This document shows, in pieces, positions 15,529 through 19,214 of a stretch of DNA of 19,214 nucleotides; the stretch's first letter is position 1; every line of letters starts with the position of its first letter. Source of the DNA: an uncultured Eubacteriales bacterium. GTDB taxonomy: Bacteria > Bacillota > Clostridia > TANB77 > RGIG9151. The notes beneath the pieces are model-generated. The model was not told the origin of the DNA. It did no database searches and worked only from the letters and a program-made list of their open reading frames with translations. The stretch is from assembly GCA_964631135.1 (NCBI GenBank), contig CAZVVZ010000007.1, positions 1-19,214 on the forward strand, read 5' to 3'. The translations under genes and the position numbers were made by a program.

Positions 15529-16197
15529 ATGTTGAGGAGTGTGACTTTTGTGGGAAGACTATTAGATTTTTTGGAAAAAGAAAGTGTTGTAAAGACGAAA
15601 CTAGATAAATCTAATGAATGGATTTCTAATATAGTACATAATATATCTGTTGAAAATGATGAGATAGAGATTGCTTTAGACGAGAGGTACTTAGCATCTT
15701 TGATTATGGTTGGAGATAATATACAGCTGACTCAAACTGTTGAGGGATATGAGTATATAATGAATTGTATGATTACTCAGATTAGTATTGAACCTAAAAG
15801 TGTAATTTCACTTAAAGTTAATGATGTTAAAAAAATTAGAAATTTTAGGAAAGATGAAAGATATTCAGTTAATTATGCAACTACTGTTCAAAGCTTTGCT
15901 GAAGAAGAAGGAGTTTTTGGAGTAGTAGTCAATATCAGTGTTTCAGGACTTGCTTTTGTTTGTAGGAATAGTTTTGTACCGGGCGAAATGGTAAGGCTCT
16001 CTATTATGCTTCCGGCAAGTACATTTACGATTGATGCGGAAATTATGAGAGTGACTGATTCGGATAAAGGAAATGAATATGGTGTTAGGTTTTTACGTAC
16101 GGATGAAGATGCTATAAGAGATATAAAAAAATTGATAGAAGATATAAAAGAAAGAGAGGATAGGCTTTCACGAATAGTGGGCTTTAGATTATTTTAA
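15529..16197 (+). CDS. PilZ-domain (c-di-GMP receptor) protein, YcgR/MotI-like size (222 aa; alternative GTG start at 15550)
   Basis: Contains the PilZ signature RxxxR (RKDER) followed by D/NxSxxG (NISVSGLAF). A roughly 100-aa N-terminal domain precedes it, as in two-domain PilZ proteins. GAGGAG at 15534-15539 is an RBS for GTG 15550 rather than for ATG 15529. Confidence 0.75.
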   Translation: MLRSVTFVGRLLDFLEKESVVKTKLDKSNEWISNIVHNISVENDEIEIALDERYLASLIMVGDNIQLTQTVEGYEYIMNCMITQISIEPKSVISLKVNDVKKIRNFRKDERYSVNYATTVQSFAEEEGVFGVVVNISVSGLAFVCRNSFVPGEMVRLSIMLPASTFTIDAEIMRVTDSDKGNEYGVRFLRTDEDAIRDIKKLIEDIKEREDRLSRIVGFRLF

Positions 16198-17234
16198 TGG
16201 ACATGATGAAATTAAGTGATTATTTTTATGATTTACCAAAGGAGCTAATTGCACAAGATCCTTTAGAGAAGAGAGACGAATCAAGATTGCTTGTGCTAGA
16301 CAGAAAAACAGGTGAAATACAGCATAAGATTTTTAGAGATGTAATTGATTTTTTGAATCCGAATGATTGTTTAGTAATAAATAACACGAGGGTTATTCCT
16401 GCCAGACTTTTGGGGAAAAAGGAAAAAACCGAAGGAAAAATAGAGTTGTTTTTGCTAAAAAATTTAGGAGATGACTGCTGGGAAACACTTGTTAAGCCAG
16501 GTAGAAAGGCTATCCCCGGTGTAAGGTTTGTTTTTGGTGAGAAAAATCAGTTGGTTGCGGAAGTTGTTGAAGTAAAAGATGATGGCAACAGAATAGTTAA
16601 GTTCTTTTATGATGGAGTTTTTCAGTCTGTTTTAGATGAAGTGGGAGTTGTGCCATTACCTCCATATATACATAATAAATTAAAAGATAAAGAAAGATAT
16701 CAGACGGTATATTCTAAATTTAAAGGTTCAGTAGCCGCTCCTACGGCCGGATTGCACTTTACAACAGATTTATTAAAGAAAATTGAAGAAAAAGGAATTT
16801 GTGTTGCACAAGTTACTTTGCATGTAGGATTAGGAACTTTTAGACCTGTTAAAGAAGAAAATATTTTAGATCATAAAATGCATTCAGAATGGTATGAAAT
16901 AAATGAAGATGCATGCAATAAAATAAATGAAGCCAGAAAAAACGGCGGAAGAATTATTGCTGTTGGAACGACTTCATGCAGGGTGTTAGAAAGTGTAGCT
17001 AATGATAATGGTGAGATTTTGCCGAAGACCGGGGAAACCGACATTTTTATTTATCCGGGATATAAATTCAAAATTTTAGATGGGCTTATTACTAATTTTC
17101 ATTTGCCTGAGTCTACTTTAATAATGCTTGTTTCTGCTTTTGCCGGTTATGATAGTATTATGAGTACTTATAAAATAGCAGTAGATGAAAAATATAGATT
17201 TTTTAGCTTTGGCGATGCAATGTTAATTTTATAG
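16197..17234 (+). CDS. queA: S-adenosylmethionine:tRNA ribosyltransferase-isomerase (345 aa)
   Basis: The N-terminus [28 protein letters not shown] and [11 protein letters not shown] are the conserved QueA blocks. The start ATG overlaps the upstream stop (TAATG). In-frame ATGs at 16203 and 16206 are alternatives. Confidence 0.95.
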   Translation: MDMMKLSDYFYDLPKELIAQDPLEKRDESRLLVLDRKTGEIQHKIFRDVIDFLNPNDCLVINNTRVIPARLLGKKEKTEGKIELFLLKNLGDDCWETLVKPGRKAIPGVRFVFGEKNQLVAEVVEVKDDGNRIVKFFYDGVFQSVLDEVGVVPLPPYIHNKLKDKERYQTVYSKFKGSVAAPTAGLHFTTDLLKKIEEKGICVAQVTLHVGLGTFRPVKEENILDHKMHSEWYEINEDACNKINEARKNGGRIIAVGTTSCRVLESVANDNGEILPKTGETDIFIYPGYKFKILDGLITNFHLPESTLIMLVSAFAGYDSIMSTYKIAVDEKYRFFSFGDAMLIL

Positions 17235-17241
17235 TTTTTGA

Positions 17242-18357
<1,116 letters not shown>

Positions 18358-18374
18358 TGTAGGGAGGCATTAGG

Positions 18375-19214
18375 TTGAGGGTTTTGGCTTTTGTTGGCCC
18401 GAGTGGAACGGGAAAAAGTTATAGGGCTCAATGGGTAGCAAGAGAGAACAATTTGGACTGTATAATAGATGATGGGCTACTTATAAAGGATAATAGAATT
18501 TTAGCCGGTAAATCAGCAAAAAAAGAAGCTAGTAGGATAGCTTCTGTTAAACGTGCCATTTTTATGGATGATGTACATGCTAGGGAAGTAATGAAAGCTA
18601 TTGAAGAAGAAAAGGCAGAAGGAATATTAGTTTTAGGCACATCTGACGAGATGGTTAGTAAAATTGTTCAAAAGTTGAAATTGCCTGAAATTGAAAAGAC
18701 TATATATATAGAAGAAGTAGCTAGCGAAAAAGAAATTGAAAAAGCCAGATACCTAAGGCAGCAACTTGGGAAACATGTTATTCCTGTACCTACTGTTGAA
18801 ATAAAGAATCAGTTTTCAGGATATTTTTTAAATCCGCTGAAAATATTTAAGAGAAAAGAAAATTCTTCTGAGACTACTGCTTTTGAAAAAACAATAGTAA
18901 GGCCAGCTTTTAGCTATATGGGAGAGTATACAATTTCAGAAACCGTTATAAATTCTTTGGTGTATAATATAGGAAGAAACTTTGAAGGAATAAAGAAAAT
19001 TATCAAAGTAAAAAATAAGAATACAGCTGATGGAGTGATTATTGATATTGATATAATGGGTGTGTATGGTTATAAGCTTACAGATGTGATGAATAAGTTA
19101 TCTGAAAAGGTTATAACGGAAGTTGAGAGAATTACTGCGCTTAATGTAGAAAGATTAAATGTTGAAGTAAAGAGTATATTTATTGAAGAAAGCAAGAAAA
19201 GGTTAGATAGTTAA
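18375..19214 (+). CDS. Fusion protein: small N-terminal P-loop NTPase-like domain plus C-terminal Asp23/Gls24 (alkaline shock protein) domain (279 aa, TTG start)
   Basis: RBS GGGAGG lies 8 nt upstream of TTG 18375. Walker A is GPSGTGKS at residues 8-15, and a possible Walker B is LDCIIDDG. The C-terminal roughly 110 aa (GEYTISETVINSLVYNIGRNFEGI ... DGVIIDIDIMGVYGYKLTDVMNKLSEKVITEVERITALNVERLNVEVKSI) follows the Asp23 family pattern seen in Bacillus YloU-type proteins. The stop codon is the last three bases of the window. Confidence 0.65.
   Translation: MRVLAFVGPSGTGKSYRAQWVARENNLDCIIDDGLLIKDNRILAGKSAKKEASRIASVKRAIFMDDVHAREVMKAIEEEKAEGILVLGTSDEMVSKIVQKLKLPEIEKTIYIEEVASEKEIEKARYLRQQLGKHVIPVPTVEIKNQFSGYFLNPLKIFKRKENSSETTAFEKTIVRPAFSYMGEYTISETVINSLVYNIGRNFEGIKKIIKVKNKNTADGVIIDIDIMGVYGYKLTDVMNKLSEKVITEVERITALNVERLNVEVKSIFIEESKKRLDS

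Overview
Visibly AT-rich chromosomal segment that looks like a spore-forming Firmicute (Clostridia-like). The evidence is spoIIP, an SLH-domain wall protein, strong AGGAGG-type ribosome-binding sites, and TTG/GTG starts. Most of the window is ordinary housekeeping. It holds an acyl-CoA ligase convergent with phosphoglucomutase, then a long plus-strand run: SLH protein, two unknown genes, mtaB, prfA, a metal ABC binding protein and ATPase, and a CE4-type deacetylase. One small minus-strand CBM25/53-like gene follows. The plus strand then resumes with an AMIN/Amidase_3 amidase, spoIIP, rsmE, a PilZ protein, queA, tgt and a P-loop/Asp23 fusion gene. I see no rRNA, tRNA, CRISPR array, transposase, integrase, phage gene or recognisable defence gene. 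I cannot name a known accessory system here, and all functional ideas below are hypotheses. Four items look most worth a second look. (1) A 163-nt near-perfect palindrome at 59-221 is flanked by a 7-nt direct repeat. (2) A second hairpin at 2105-2156 shares the same 12-nt termini, so the two structures bracket the acyl-CoA ligase gene, and the second one encodes its last four codons and stop. (3) A self-contained two-gene operon of unknown coiled-coil proteins sits at 5418-6878 with its own near-consensus promoter and terminator. (4) An unusual Walker-A NTPase fused to an Asp23/Gls24 domain sits at 18375-19214. All coordinates and base-pair counts were made by hand from the sequence.
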